From positions 26,814 through 90,813 of the forward strand of contig BPGH01000001.1 in NCBI GenBank assembly GCA_026002935.1: a stretch of 64,000 bases of DNA, given 5' to 3'. Below the pieces are notes generated by a model that saw nothing but the letters and a program-made list of their open reading frames with translations, ran no database searches and had not been told where the DNA came from. The position numbers and the translations under genes are program-made. Origin of the DNA: Acidimicrobiia bacterium (GTDB lineage Bacteria > Actinomycetota > Acidimicrobiia > IMCC26256 > PALSA-610). This document shows positions 26,342 through 36,495 of this stretch, piece by piece (position 1 is the first letter of the stretch; the number at the start of each line of letters is the position of its first letter).

Positions 26342-27211
26342 GTGCTGGAGTGCGTCGCCAACGTGTCGGAGGGCCGCGACGTCGAGGCGCTGCGCGCGAT
26401 CGCGTCGGCGTGCGGCCCCTCGCTGCTCGACGTGCACGCCGACCGCGACCACAACCGATCGGTGTTCACCCTCGCCGGCCCCGGCGCGCGCGACGCCGAG
26501 GGCGCGGCCCGCGGCCTCGCCCGGGCCGTCGCCGAGCGCCTCACGATCGTCGGTCACGAGGGTGTGCACCCGAGGTTCGGCGCGCTCGACGTGGTCCCGT
26601 TCGTCGCGCTCGGCGGCACCGACGCCGAGCGGCAGCTCGCGGCGATGACGGCGCGCGCCTTCGCGCGCTGGTGGTCGGACACCTACGGCGTGCCGGTGTT
26701 CTGCTACGACGACGCCGACGCGCAACGCCGGGACCTGCCGCACGCCCGCCGCCACGCGTTCCGGTCTCGAGCGCCCGACTTCGGCCCCGCGGCCCCGCAC
26801 CCGCGCCTGGGGGCCACGGCCGTGGGCGCCCGCGCGCCGCTCGTCGCGGTGAACCTCCTGCTCGTCACGCGCGACGTCGTGGTCGCACGGCGCATCGCGC
26901 GCCGGATGCGCGAGCGCGACGGCGGCCTCCCCGGCGTGCGCGCGCTCGGGTTCCTGCTCGAGTCGGAACGACGCGCGCAGGTGTCGCTGAACCTGGTCGA
27001 CCTCACGCGCACGGGCCTGGAGGAGGCGTGCCTCCACGTGCGCGACCTCGCCCGGCAGGAGCACACCGAGGTCGCCCGGGTCGAGCTGGTCGGGCTCGTG
27101 CCGCGCGCCGAGCTCGACCGCTGCTCCGACGAGTTCCTCGCGTGGAGCGGCCTCGACGCCGAGTCGACGGTCGAGGCCCGCATCGGGCGGCCGCCCCGCC
27201 GACTCCCCTGA
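26342..27211 (+). CDS. Glutamate formimidoyltransferase-like protein (FTCD N-terminal domain family)
   Basis: GTG 26342 (VLECVANVSEGRD, the hallmark N-terminus). HPRFGALDVVPFV motif. TACGCT at 26328-26333 lies 8 nt upstream. Confidence 0.78.
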   Translation: MLECVANVSEGRDVEALRAIASACGPSLLDVHADRDHNRSVFTLAGPGARDAEGAARGLARAVAERLTIVGHEGVHPRFGALDVVPFVALGGTDAERQLAAMTARAFARWWSDTYGVPVFCYDDADAQRRDLPHARRHAFRSRAPDFGPAAPHPRLGATAVGARAPLVAVNLLLVTRDVVVARRIARRMRERDGGLPGVRALGFLLESERRAQVSLNLVDLTRTGLEEACLHVRDLARQEHTEVARVELVGLVPRAELDRCSDEFLAWSGLDAESTVEARIGRPPRRLP

Positions 27212-27254
27212 GACGGGGCGGACCCCCGGGCCGGGACGGGCGGGGCCGCGCCGC

Positions 27255-27539
27255 TCAGGCGCCGACGATGCCGCGGCGGGCGAGGGCGCGCTGGCGGCGG
27301 ATGCGGCGCCGCTCGCGCTCCGACATGCCGCCCCAGATGCCGAACTTCTCCCCGTGCGCGAGCGCGTACTCCAGGCACTCGGCCTGGACCTCGCACCCGT
27401 GGCAGACCGCCTTGGCCTCCCGCGTCGACGCCCCCCGCTCCGGGAAGAAGAGGTCGGGGTCGACCCCGAGGCAGTTGGCGCGCTCCTGCCAGCGCCGGTC
27501 CTCGGCCTCGACCCGCAGCTGGATCATCATCTCCCGCAT
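27255..27539 (-). CDS. WhiB-family transcriptional regulator
   Basis: ATG 27539 with gaggggg SD. Four Cys (NCLG...CHGCEVQAEC), GIWGG turn, basic tail. Confidence 0.85.
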   Translation of the reverse strand: MREMMIQLRVEAEDRRWQERANCLGVDPDLFFPERGASTREAKAVCHGCEVQAECLEYALAHGEKFGIWGGMSERERRRIRRQRALARRGIVGA

Positions 27540-27766
27540 CGGCTGCCCCCTCGCTCCGTGACGCTCCCGCGTGACCCGTCGTGCCCGGCCCCGGGGCGGG
27601 TGCCCTCGCACCGGCCCCCACCGGCCGAAATGCCGCCGATGGAATTACATCCGTGTCATCATGGCCCGTCGGGCCCGGCCACGCAAGGGGGTCTTCGCGC
27701 GCGGGCCGGGCACGGGCGCCGACGAGGATGCGAGATGCCGCCCGCCGGCGGGGCCGCGAGGGATGC

Positions 27767-28555
27767 TCAGGCGCAGGCCGGGGCGCCGGGACCGGTCAGC
27801 ACCGCGTGGAGGCGCCGGACCGCGTCGTCGACCTGGGGCACGGCCAGCGCCGCGCCGAACCCGCGGTTCGGCTCGGACCGGCCCCACAGCTGCGGGATCA
27901 CGCCGACCACCGGCGCCGCCACGGCGGCGGCGACCTCGTCGGGCGTCAGGTCCGTGGAGCCCTCGTCCCCGGTGCACACGACGCCGAGCCGCACCCGCGG
28001 GTCGAGTGCGCCGCGGGCCCGGGCGGTCTCCACGTGCTCGACGAAGTGCTGGGCCGGCCCGAGCTCGTCGGCCCGCGGCGTCACCGCGAGGAGCAGCCAG
28101 TCGAGGACCTCCAGGCGGCCCCCGACGACCCGGCCCGGTCCGGACGGACCCACGACGAGGTCGCACACGACCACGCCGAAGTGCGCGCGCAGCGCCGGGA
28201 GCGCCCGCTGCGCGCCGAGCCGCAGCCGGCCGTGTGCGTCGCCGGCGGTCCCGACGACCGTGAGCGGCGGGTGCGAGCACCGGGGCAGGCGCGCGACCGG
28301 CGGCGCCGCGGCGCCGCCGAAGTCCTCGAGGTACGGGCCGCGCACCCCCAGGCGCGTCGTGACGTCGCGCGCGAGCGGGTCGGCGTCGACGACGCACACG
28401 CGGCCGGGACCCAGTCGCCGCGCGAGGCTCGCCGCGACGTTGACCGCGACGCCCCGCTTGCACTCGGGCGAGCGCGCCGTCGTGATCCCGATGGTGAGGG
28501 CCGCCACGTCCACGGTGTCGGCCGCCGGCCGCACCGCCCGCAGGCGCCGCGGCAC
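27767..28555 (-). CDS. ParA/MinD-like protein with degenerate Walker A (possible pseudo-ATPase)
   Basis: Pattern LTIGITTARSPECKRGVAVNVAASLARRLGPGRVCVVDADP ... VVVCDL ... LLLAVTP follows the MinD/ParA fold order, but KGGxGK[ST] is replaced by ARSPECKRG. Start ambiguous (GTG 28555, 28534, 28513 or 28507). Confidence 0.45.
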   Translation of the reverse strand: MPRRLRAVRPAADTVDVAALTIGITTARSPECKRGVAVNVAASLARRLGPGRVCVVDADPLARDVTTRLGVRGPYLEDFGGAAAPPVARLPRCSHPPLTVVGTAGDAHGRLRLGAQRALPALRAHFGVVVCDLVVGPSGPGRVVGGRLEVLDWLLLAVTPRADELGPAQHFVEHVETARARGALDPRVRLGVVCTGDEGSTDLTPDEVAAAVAAPVVGVIPQLWGRSEPNRGFGAALAVPQVDDAVRRLHAVLTGPGAPACA

Positions 28556-28632
28556 CGTGTGATCGCTTTCACGGCACGGGAGCGGTACGAACCGGGCAAT
28601 CGACGCAGACGGTCGCGGGAGCACCGCCCCGG

Positions 28633-29064
28633 CTACGACGACGCGCCGCCGTCCGCGTGGTCGCGCTCGAGCCGCAGGGCGGCGCTGTTGATGCAGTAGC
28701 GGAGCCCGGTCGGGCGCGGCCCGTCGGGGAACACGTGACCGAGGTGCGCGCCGCAGTGGTCGCAGCGCACCTCGGTGCGCACCATGCCGTGGCTCGTGTC
28801 GACGTGCTCCGACACGGCGTCGCCCGAGACGGGCTGCGTGAAGCTCGGCCACCCGGTCCCCGAGTCGAACTTGGTCGCCGACGCGAACAGCTCCGCGCCG
28901 CAGCACACGCACACGTAGGTGCCCTCGTCGTGGCAGTCCCAGTACTCGCCGGTGAACGCGCGCTCGGTGCCGGCGCGCCGCGTCACCTCGAACTGCGTCG
29001 GGGTGAGCCGTGCCCTCCACTCCTCGTCGGTACGGGGCAGCTCCTCGCGGGGCGTACGGGTCAT
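28633..29064 (-). CDS. msrB: Peptide-methionine (R)-S-oxide reductase MsrB
   Basis: ATG 29064 with gaggaggg SD. Motifs CVCCGAELF...GWPSF and [21 protein letters not shown]. Confidence 0.93.
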   Translation of the reverse strand: MTRTPREELPRTDEEWRARLTPTQFEVTRRAGTERAFTGEYWDCHDEGTYVCVCCGAELFASATKFDSGTGWPSFTQPVSGDAVSEHVDTSHGMVRTEVRCDHCGAHLGHVFPDGPRPTGLRYCINSAALRLERDHADGGASS

Positions 29065-29092
29065 CGTCCCTCCTCGTCGCTCCTCGCCGGCG

Positions 29093-29119
29093 GACGCCGG
29101 GGCGACCGTACCCGTTCCC
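29093..29119 (-). promoter_or_regulatory. ECF-sigma-type promoter motif GGGAAC-N17-CGTC upstream of msrB
   Basis: Minus strand: GGGAAC 29119-29114, 17-nt spacer, CGTC 29096-29093. Lies in the 76-bp gap between the receiver gene stop and the msrB ATG. Confidence 0.4.
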
Positions 29120-29140
29120 CGCGCCGGTGCCCGCGCCGCC

Positions 29141-29500
29141 TCAGGCGGGGGCGAGCGCCCCCGCGGTGACCCGGCGCAGCGCCGCGACGGCGGCTCCCCG
29201 GTCGTGCACGCAGGCGTCGGCCCCGAGCGCCAGGGCCCGGGCGGCGTCGCCCGGGGGGGCGTACGCGACGAGGCGGGGCCGGGCCCGGCGCGCCCCGAGC
29301 GCCGACAGCACGAGCCAGCCGTCGAGGACGGGCAGGGTGAGGTCGACGAGGACGGCCGCGGGCGGGTCGGTGACGGCGGCGCGCACCGCCGCGTCGCCGT
29401 CGGGCACCAGCGTGGTCTCGAAGCCGGCGCCTCGCAGCACGCGCCCCGTCGTGCGGGCGAGCGCCTCCCGGGGCTGCACGACGAGCACGCGCGGGACCAC
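29141..29500 (-). CDS. Stand-alone receiver-domain protein (atypical: acidic pair and conserved Lys missing)
   Basis: ORF 29141..29521. GGGAGGAGG SD favours GTG 29500 ([12 protein letters not shown]). Phospho-acceptor-like Asp is present in VLVDLTLP. The usual DD after beta-1 is QP, and the KP motif is absent. Confidence 0.6.
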   Translation of the reverse strand: MVPRVLVVQPREALARTTGRVLRGAGFETTLVPDGDAAVRAAVTDPPAAVLVDLTLPVLDGWLVLSALGARRARPRLVAYAPPGDAARALALGADACVHDRGAAVAALRRVTAGALAPA

Positions 29501-29608
29501 TGCGACCTCCTCCCTGAGCACCTCGGCGGCGGGCGTCCCTGCCCTCCGGACGTCCTCATCGGCGCGCGTCGGCGCCGCTGTAGCGGTCGGTCCCGACGGC
29601 CCGGCCGG

Positions 29609-31603
29609 TCAGCCGGCGCGGCGCTGCTGTCGCCGTTCCTCGAGGAAGTCCACCAGCACGTAGTCGCCGAGCGTCTCGGGGGTCGTGAAGAACGCCCGCC
29701 CGCGGTTCATCCGCATCATGCGCTCGACGAACTCGCGCAGGTAGTAGTTGTCCTCGAGCATGAACGTGTTGATCCGGATGCCGTCCTTGGTGCAGCGCTG
29801 CACCTCGCGCAGGGTCAGCTCGATCGTGCGGGGCGACGGCGGGTAGTCGAACCAGGCCTCGCCGTTCTCGATGTGGGCCGTCGGCTCGCCGTCGGTGATC
29901 ATGATGATCTGCTTGCGGCCCGTCTGTTTCGACAGCAGGCGCCGCGCGAGCAGCATCGCGTGCTGCATGTTGGTGCCCCACTCGAAGTCCCACGTCGCCT
30001 CGGGGAGCCGCTCGGGCCTCACCTCGCGCGCGACGCGCCCGAAGCTGACCATCCCGAGGTAGTCGCGGGGGAACTGCGTCGAGATCAGCGCGTGGAGCGC
30101 CATCGCGACCTTCTTCGCGGCGAGGAACCGGCCGCGCATCTCCATCGACAGCGAGACGTCGAGCATCAGCACCGTCGCCGAGCGCGTGAGCTGCTCGGTG
30201 CGCTCGATCTCGAAGTCACCCGGCCGCACGTGCACGGGGGTGCCCGCGCCCTGGCGTGCGATGGCGTTGCGCAGCGTGCGGCCGACGTCGAGGTGGAAGG
30301 GGTCGCCGAACTCGTAGGGCTTGTGCTCGTCGGATCGCTCGTGGCCCGCACCGGAGCGCTCGATCTCGTGGCGGCCCGACCGGTCCTGGAGCAGCCGCCG
30401 GAACAGGTCACCGAGGGCGCGCTGACCGATGCGGCGGATGCCCTTCGGCGTCAGCTCCATCCGGCCCTCGCGCTGCTCGATCAGCCCGGCCTCCTCGAGC
30501 TCGCGCGCGAGCCTGGCGAGCTGCTCGAGTGACCGGGCGGCGTCGTCGCCCAGGAGGTCGCGCACCTGGTCGAGGTCGACCTCGGCGAGCTGGCCCGGGT
30601 TGGTGGCGTTGCGGAGCAGGTTCTCGAGGGCGTCGATGTCGCCGAGCTGGTCGAGCACGCTGCCGAGCTGGCCGAGCGGCATCGGCTCGTCGCCGCGGAA
30701 CGGCATCCGCTGCCCCCACCCCATCTGCGGGAAGGCGTTGCGCAGGTTCTGGGCGAGCTGGTCGACCTGCCAGCGCAGGTCCATGTCGTCGAGCAGGGCG
30801 TTCGCGAGCTCCTGGAGCTGCGCCCGCTGCTCGGGCGTCATCGAGTTGAGGAGCTGCTGCATCTGCGCCATCGAGCGCGCCATCTGCTCGAGCAGCTCGT
30901 CGAGCGACTGCGGGTTGCCCGGGAAGAAGTCGCCGTACCGCTGCATGAAGCCCTCGAAGTCGGGCTCCTCGCCGCGCTCGCGCTGGCCGAGCATGTGGTT
31001 GAGCTCGGCGAGCATGTCCTTCATGCGCGCGAGCTCCTCCGGCGACATCTGCGACATCCCCTGGTGGAGCTGGTTGAACATCGAGTCGAGGAGCTGCTTG
31101 CGCAGCTCCTCCATCAGCTCCTCGAACCGCCGGCGCGCCGCGTCGTCCATCCAGTCGTACCGCTGGAGCTCGCCGACCCGGCCGGCGAGGTCCGGCGGGA
31201 GGCGGTCGAGCTGTTCCCGCCGCTCGCGCGCGAGGTCCTCGAGCAGCTCCTCGCGGCGGCGGTCGCCGGATCGCCGCGCGTCGTCGACGCGGCGGTCGAT
31301 CCCCTCCCGCTCCTGCTCGACGATCTCGTCGAGCCGCTGTGCGATCTCCTCGTAGACACCGCCGAGGTCGTACCGGTCGAGTTGCTCCCGCCGGCGCTCG
31401 CGCAGCCGCTCCAGCATCTCGCGCAGCCCCGCGACGTCGCGGCCCTGCCGGTCGCGGAAGCCCTGCTGCATCATGCGGCGGAGCGCCGCGTGCAGGTCGC
31501 CGTGGTACAGCAGGTCGTCGGTCATCTCGTCGAGGAGCGAGTCGGCGTCGAGGTCGAACCCGACCTGGGTGCCGTCCCAGCGCGAGTACCGGAACCTGGT
31601 CAC
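29609..31603 (-). CDS. VWA domain protein (partner type of ChlI/MoxR-like AAA+ ATPases)
   Basis: 664-aa ORF. Long acidic coiled-coil-like N-terminal region. C-terminal VWA with [14 protein letters not shown] and [16 protein letters not shown] at 31615-31610 lies 6 nt upstream of GTG 31603. Confidence 0.85.
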   Translation of the reverse strand: MTRFRYSRWDGTQVGFDLDADSLLDEMTDDLLYHGDLHAALRRMMQQGFRDRQGRDVAGLREMLERLRERRREQLDRYDLGGVYEEIAQRLDEIVEQEREGIDRRVDDARRSGDRRREELLEDLARERREQLDRLPPDLAGRVGELQRYDWMDDAARRRFEELMEELRKQLLDSMFNQLHQGMSQMSPEELARMKDMLAELNHMLGQRERGEEPDFEGFMQRYGDFFPGNPQSLDELLEQMARSMAQMQQLLNSMTPEQRAQLQELANALLDDMDLRWQVDQLAQNLRNAFPQMGWGQRMPFRGDEPMPLGQLGSVLDQLGDIDALENLLRNATNPGQLAEVDLDQVRDLLGDDAARSLEQLARLARELEEAGLIEQREGRMELTPKGIRRIGQRALGDLFRRLLQDRSGRHEIERSGAGHERSDEHKPYEFGDPFHLDVGRTLRNAIARQGAGTPVHVRPGDFEIERTEQLTRSATVLMLDVSLSMEMRGRFLAAKKVAMALHALISTQFPRDYLGMVSFGRVAREVRPERLPEATWDFEWGTNMQHAMLLARRLLSKQTGRKQIIMITDGEPTAHIENGEAWFDYPPSPRTIELTLREVQRCTKDGIRINTFMLEDNYYLREFVERMMRMNRGRAFFTTPETLGDYVLVDFLEERRQQRRAG

Positions 31604-31632
31604 CTCGCCACCGTACCCCTAGCGTCGCGGCC

Positions 31633-32838
31633 GTGGGCTTCCCCGACGGCTTCTGGTGGGGCACCGCGGCGTCCGCCACCCAGGCGGAGGGCGCGGCGCC
31701 GGCTTCCGACTGGTACGCGCTCGAGCGCGCCGGGCTCGTGCCCCCCTCGGGCGACGGCAACGGGTTCGCCCGCCGGTTCGCCGAGGACTTCGCGCTGTAC
31801 GCGCAGTACGGCCTGACCCACCACCGCCTGTCGATCGAGTGGGCCCGCATCGAGCCCGAGGAGGGACGGCGCGACGACGCGGCGGTCGAGCACTACCTGG
31901 AGGTGCTCACGGCGGCCCGCGACGCCGGGGTCGCCGTGTGGGTGTGCCTGCACCACTTCACGCTCCCCGGCTGGTTCACCGAGACCGGCGAGGGAGGGTT
32001 CCTCGACGGCCGGGCCCGCTCCTACCACTGGCCGCGCCACGTCGCGTTCTGCGCGGAGACGTTCGGCGACCTCGTGTACGGGTGGAAGCCGGTCAACGAG
32101 CCCGCCGCCTACGCCTCGATCTACCTGCAGGGCGGGCGGCCGTGGTCGCGGCTCGACCTCCCGCGCGCGTACGACGCGATGGCCGCGATGCTCCTGGCGC
32201 AGCGCGAGGCCTGGCGCGAGCTGCGCGGCGGGGGCCGGCCGGTGGCGACGATCCACAACCTGTCGCCGGTCTTCACGACCGCGGACACGGTGCCGGCGGC
32301 GCGCACCGCGCGGGCGCTCGAGGAGATCGGCTGGCGCATGTGGCTGCGGGCCGAGCGCGACGGCGTGCTGGCGGTGCCCGGCCGGCCCGAGCGCGAGGTC
32401 CCCGACCTGCGCGGGGCGTGCGACCTGATCGGGTTCTCGTACTACTCGGCGACCGGGGTCGGCGCCTCCGGCGACGCGGTCCCGTACCCGCCGGGGGCCC
32501 GGGTCGGGCCGCTCGGGTACGCCCCGTGGAGCGAGGGCCTCGACCACGTGCTGCACCGGCTGCACGACGAGCTCCCCGGCCGCCCCCTCCTCGTGTGCGA
32601 GCACGGCGTCGGCACCGACGACGACGAGTGGCGCTGCGAGGTGCTGCGCGAGTCGCTGCGGATCCTCGACGACGCGATCGCCGAGGGCATCGACGTGCGG
32701 GGCTTCTTCCACTGGACCGGCGTCGACAACTACGAGTGGCTCCACGGGTTCGGCGTCCCGTTCGGCTGCTTCACGCGCGACCGGGAGCCGCGGCCGAGCG
32801 CCGAGCTCCTGCGCTCGTACGCCGTGGACCGCCGCTGA
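31633..32838 (+). CDS. Glycoside hydrolase family 1 (beta-glucosidase-like)
   Basis: GTG 31633 (VGFPDGFWWGTAASATQAEG). Motifs RLSIEWARIEP, acid/base WKPVNEP, nucleophile region LLVCEHGVG, C-terminal FHWTGVDNYEW. TAGCGT at 31620-31625 lies 7 nt upstream. Confidence 0.85.
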   Translation: MGFPDGFWWGTAASATQAEGAAPASDWYALERAGLVPPSGDGNGFARRFAEDFALYAQYGLTHHRLSIEWARIEPEEGRRDDAAVEHYLEVLTAARDAGVAVWVCLHHFTLPGWFTETGEGGFLDGRARSYHWPRHVAFCAETFGDLVYGWKPVNEPAAYASIYLQGGRPWSRLDLPRAYDAMAAMLLAQREAWRELRGGGRPVATIHNLSPVFTTADTVPAARTARALEEIGWRMWLRAERDGVLAVPGRPEREVPDLRGACDLIGFSYYSATGVGASGDAVPYPPGARVGPLGYAPWSEGLDHVLHRLHDELPGRPLLVCEHGVGTDDDEWRCEVLRESLRILDDAIAEGIDVRGFFHWTGVDNYEWLHGFGVPFGCFTRDREPRPSAELLRSYAVDRR

Positions 32839-32856
32839 CCCGCGGCGCCGGAACGG

Positions 32857-34257
32857 TCAGCCCCGCCCGCGGTACGCGGCGCGCGCGCCGACGGCGTCCT
32901 TGTTGAGGCGCTTGGTGAGGTGCAGGCCCTCGAGCACGAACTCGACGCCGGAGGCGACCCCCGCGGGCGACTCGCCGACCCCGAGGTCGGAGAGGACGGT
33001 GCCGATGCCGTCGAGCCGCCCGAGCAGCTCGCGGTAGCGCGTCGCCGGGACGTCCTCGCCGGTGTGCACCACGAGCCCGTCCTCGAACGACGACACGATC
33101 GGACCGAGCGTCTCCGGCCTGACCCGCGCGCGGAAGACCTCGAGGATCGCCGCCTTCACGATCCGTTCGAGCACCTGCGAGTCGCGGCCGTCGTCGAGGG
33201 TCTCGATCTCGACCTTGCCGCCGGTGGACGCGGCGAGCGCGTCGAGGTCGGAGACGCGGGGCACGACCTCCCGCTCGCCGTTGACGAGCGCGCGCCGTGT
33301 CGCGTTCGCGACGAGCGTCTCGTAGTTCGTGATCGAGAGCCGCGCGGAGACGCCGGAGCGCTGGTTGACGTGCGGCGAGCGCCGGGCGAGCTGGCTGATC
33401 TCGGCGACGATCTCGGTCATGAACTCCGGCACGGTCACGGTGACACCGTCGGCGACGAGAGGGCGCGCCTCCTGGTCGATGATCGCCATCTCCAGCTCGG
33501 TCTCGAGCGGGTAGTGCGTGCGGATCTGCGAGCCGAAGCGGTCCTTGAGCGGCGTGATGATCCGCCCGCGGTTCGTGTAGTCCTCCGGGTTCGCGGACGC
33601 GACGAGCAGCACGTCGAGCGGCAGCCGGATCTTGTAGCCGCGGATCTGGACGTCGCGCTCCTCGAGCACGTTGAGCAGGCCGACCTGGATGCGCTCCGCG
33701 AGGTCGGGCAGCTCGTTGATGGCGAAGATGCCGCGGTTGGTGCGCGGCACCAGCCCGTAGTGGATCGTGAGCTCGTCGGAGAGATAGCGGCCCTCGGCGA
33801 CCTTGATCGGGTCGACCTCGCCGATCAGGTCGGCGATCGACGTGTCGGGGGTCGCGAGCTTCTCGCCGAACCGGCGGTCGCGGTGCACCCACTCGATCGG
33901 CGTCTCGTCGCCGCGCTCGGCGACGAGGTGCCGCGCGTACGACGACACCGGGTGGTACGGGTCGTCGTTGATCTCGCTGCCCGCGACGATCGGCATCCAC
34001 TCGTCCAGCAGGCCGACCAGCGAGCGGATGATGCGCGTCTTCGCCTGGCCGCGCTCGCCGAGGAAGATGACGTCGTGCCCCGCGAGCAACGCGTTGGCGA
34101 GCTGCGGGAGCACGGTGTCGTCGTAACCGACCACGCCCTCGACCAGCGGCTCGCCGGCCGCGAGCCGGCGCACGGTGTTCGCCCGCACCTCCTCCTTGAC
34201 CGGCCGCGACACCCAGCCGCTCTGCCGCAGTTCACCGAGGTTCCCGGGCCGAGTCAT
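32857..34257 (-). CDS. AAA+ ATPase, Mg-chelatase ChlI/BchI-like
   Basis: ATG 34257 (MTRPGNLGELRQSGW). Walker A FLGERGQAKT, Walker B GIFAINELPD, VASANPEDY. Only the C-terminal 466 aa of track ORF 32857..36804 are used. TACACT at 34270-34265 lies 7 nt upstream. Confidence 0.85.
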   Translation of the reverse strand: MTRPGNLGELRQSGWVSRPVKEEVRANTVRRLAAGEPLVEGVVGYDDTVLPQLANALLAGHDVIFLGERGQAKTRIIRSLVGLLDEWMPIVAGSEINDDPYHPVSSYARHLVAERGDETPIEWVHRDRRFGEKLATPDTSIADLIGEVDPIKVAEGRYLSDELTIHYGLVPRTNRGIFAINELPDLAERIQVGLLNVLEERDVQIRGYKIRLPLDVLLVASANPEDYTNRGRIITPLKDRFGSQIRTHYPLETELEMAIIDQEARPLVADGVTVTVPEFMTEIVAEISQLARRSPHVNQRSGVSARLSITNYETLVANATRRALVNGEREVVPRVSDLDALAASTGGKVEIETLDDGRDSQVLERIVKAAILEVFRARVRPETLGPIVSSFEDGLVVHTGEDVPATRYRELLGRLDGIGTVLSDLGVGESPAGVASGVEFVLEGLHLTKRLNKDAVGARAAYRGRG

Positions 34258-34287
34258 GCGCGGCAGTGTACGTCTAGGGTTCGCGCC

Positions 34288-36366
34288 GTGGACCTCGGCG
34301 GAGGATGGCGTGCCCACCCGGCCGACGGCGACCTCGCGAAACGGTTCACGAGCGAGGCGTTCGGCGACGACGGCTGGATCGACGTCACCCTGCCGCACCA
34401 CTGGCGCACGCACCCCGGGCTCGCCGGGACCGACGGCCCCGTGCTGTACCGGCGCCGGTTCGCGTACGGCCCGCCCGGGCCGGACCGGCGCGCGTTCCTC
34501 GAGCTCGACGGCGTCTTCTACTTCGGTGACGTCTGGCTGGACGGCGCGTACGTCGGCGCGACGGAGGGCTACTTCGTGCCCCACGCGTTCGAGGTCACCG
34601 ACGCGCTCGCCGGGCGCGGCGAGCACCTCCTCGCGTTGGAGGTCGCGTGCCCCCCGCAGCGGGACCGAACGGCGAAGCGCACCGTCACGGGGGTGTTCGG
34701 CCACTGGGACGCGACCGATCCGGACTGGAACCCGGGCGGGCCGTGGCGGCCGATCCGGGTCGTCGAGACGGGGCCGGTGCGCATCACCCGGCTGCGGGCG
34801 CTGTGCGTCGAGGCGGGCGTCGACCGCGGCCGGCTCGCCTGCGACCTCGCACTCGACGTGCGCGGCGGCCCGGCCGACGTCGCGATCCGGTCGCGGGTGA
34901 CCGCACCCGACGGGACACCGCTCGCGGCGGACGTGCGCCCGTTGACCCTGGCGGACGGCCCCAACCACCGGTCGTTCGCGCTCGTGGTCGACGACGCGCC
35001 CCGGTGGTGGCCGCACTCGCTCGGCGGGCAGCCGCTGTGCACGCTGGAGGTCGTGGTGGAGGTCGGCGGCGCACCGAGCGACCGGCGTACCCTCCGCACG
35101 GCCTTCCGGGAGGTGCGCGCCGACGACTGGGTGTTCTCGGTGAACGGTGAGCGCATCTTCCTGAAGGGGACGAACCTCGCACCGACGCGGCTCGCGCTGG
35201 GGGACGCCACCGCCGAGGAGGTCGCCGCCGACGTCCGCCTCGCCCGCGACGCGAACCTCGACTTCGTGCGCGTGCACGCGCACGTCGGCCGCGAGGAGCT
35301 GTACGCGGCCGCGGACGAGCTCGGCGTGCTCGTGTGGCAGGACCTCCCGCTCCAGTGGGGCTACGCCCGCGGGATCCGGCGGGAGGCGGTGCGCCAGGCG
35401 CGGGCGATGGTCGACCTCCTCGGCCACCACCCCAGCGTGTTCCTGTGGTGCGCGCACAACTCGCCGTTCGCGCACGAGCGCGAGCCCGGCGAGCCGTGGA
35501 CCCGCGGCCGGCTCGTGAAGCTCGTGGCGACGGCGGCGCTGCCGACGTGGGGAAAGCAGGTGCTCGACCGCTCGATCGCGCGGGCGATCGCGCGCGCCGA
35601 CCAGACGCGCCCGACCGTCCGGCACAGCGGCGTGCTGCCGGGACCCGGTGAGCCCGGCACCGACGCGCACGCGTTCTTCGGCTGGTACCACGGCTCGGCC
35701 GGCGACCTCGCGCGGGCGGTCCGCCGGTGGCCGCGCGCGGCGCGCTTCGTGTCGGAGTTCGGCGCGCAGGCGGTGCCGACGACGGCCGGGTGGATGGAGC
35801 CGCCGCGGTGGCCCCACCTCGACTGGGAGCGGCTCGCGCGTCACCACGCGCTCCAGCTCGACGTCTTCGGCCGGCGGCTGCCGCCCTCCGACGCGAAGAC
35901 GTTCGAGGAGTGGCGCGACCTCACCCAGGCCTACCAGGCCGCGCTGCTGCAGCTCCAGGTCGAGGACCTGCGCCGGTGCCGCTACGCGCCGGTCGGCGGC
36001 TTCGCGCAGTTCTCGTTCGCCGACCCCCACCCGGCGGTGGGCTGGTCGGTGCTCGACCACGAGCGGGTCCCCAAGCGCGGCTACGGCGCGCTGCGCGACG
36101 CCTGCCGCCCGGTGCTGCCCATGGTCGAGCCGCGCGCCGGGCTCGTGCACGTCGTGAACGACACCCGCGTCGCGCTGTCCGGGGCCGTCGTGGAGGCCGT
36201 CGTCGACGGCCGCCTCACACGCTGGCGCGGCGACGTCGGCGCCGACTCGATCGCGTACGTCGGCACGGTCGAGGTCGCCGACGCCGTCGACGTCGAGGTC
36301 GCGCTCGAGCACCCCGCGGTCGGCCGGGTCGTCAACCGGTACCCGCTGCTCGCACTGCGCCCCTAG
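34288..36366 (+). CDS. Glycoside hydrolase family 2-like (beta-mannosidase/beta-galactosidase type)
   Basis: GTG 34288. Sugar-binding N-domain ([20 protein letters not shown]). TIM barrel with [17 protein letters not shown] and SEFGAQ. TAGGGT at 34275-34280 lies 7 nt upstream. Confidence 0.72.
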   Translation: MDLGGGWRAHPADGDLAKRFTSEAFGDDGWIDVTLPHHWRTHPGLAGTDGPVLYRRRFAYGPPGPDRRAFLELDGVFYFGDVWLDGAYVGATEGYFVPHAFEVTDALAGRGEHLLALEVACPPQRDRTAKRTVTGVFGHWDATDPDWNPGGPWRPIRVVETGPVRITRLRALCVEAGVDRGRLACDLALDVRGGPADVAIRSRVTAPDGTPLAADVRPLTLADGPNHRSFALVVDDAPRWWPHSLGGQPLCTLEVVVEVGGAPSDRRTLRTAFREVRADDWVFSVNGERIFLKGTNLAPTRLALGDATAEEVAADVRLARDANLDFVRVHAHVGREELYAAADELGVLVWQDLPLQWGYARGIRREAVRQARAMVDLLGHHPSVFLWCAHNSPFAHEREPGEPWTRGRLVKLVATAALPTWGKQVLDRSIARAIARADQTRPTVRHSGVLPGPGEPGTDAHAFFGWYHGSAGDLARAVRRWPRAARFVSEFGAQAVPTTAGWMEPPRWPHLDWERLARHHALQLDVFGRRLPPSDAKTFEEWRDLTQAYQAALLQLQVEDLRRCRYAPVGGFAQFSFADPHPAVGWSVLDHERVPKRGYGALRDACRPVLPMVEPRAGLVHVVNDTRVALSGAVVEAVVDGRLTRWRGDVGADSIAYVGTVEVADAVDVEVALEHPAVGRVVNRYPLLALRP

Positions 36367-36495
36367 GCGGCGCGCGGGGCGGGCCGGCCGGGCGGGGACC
36401 GGCCGGCGGCGGGTGCCCGGCGGATTCGTCGTGGCCGGCCGGGCGGGACCTAGATTCCCGTTCACGAGGTCACGAGGGCCGGGAGCAGCACCGAA

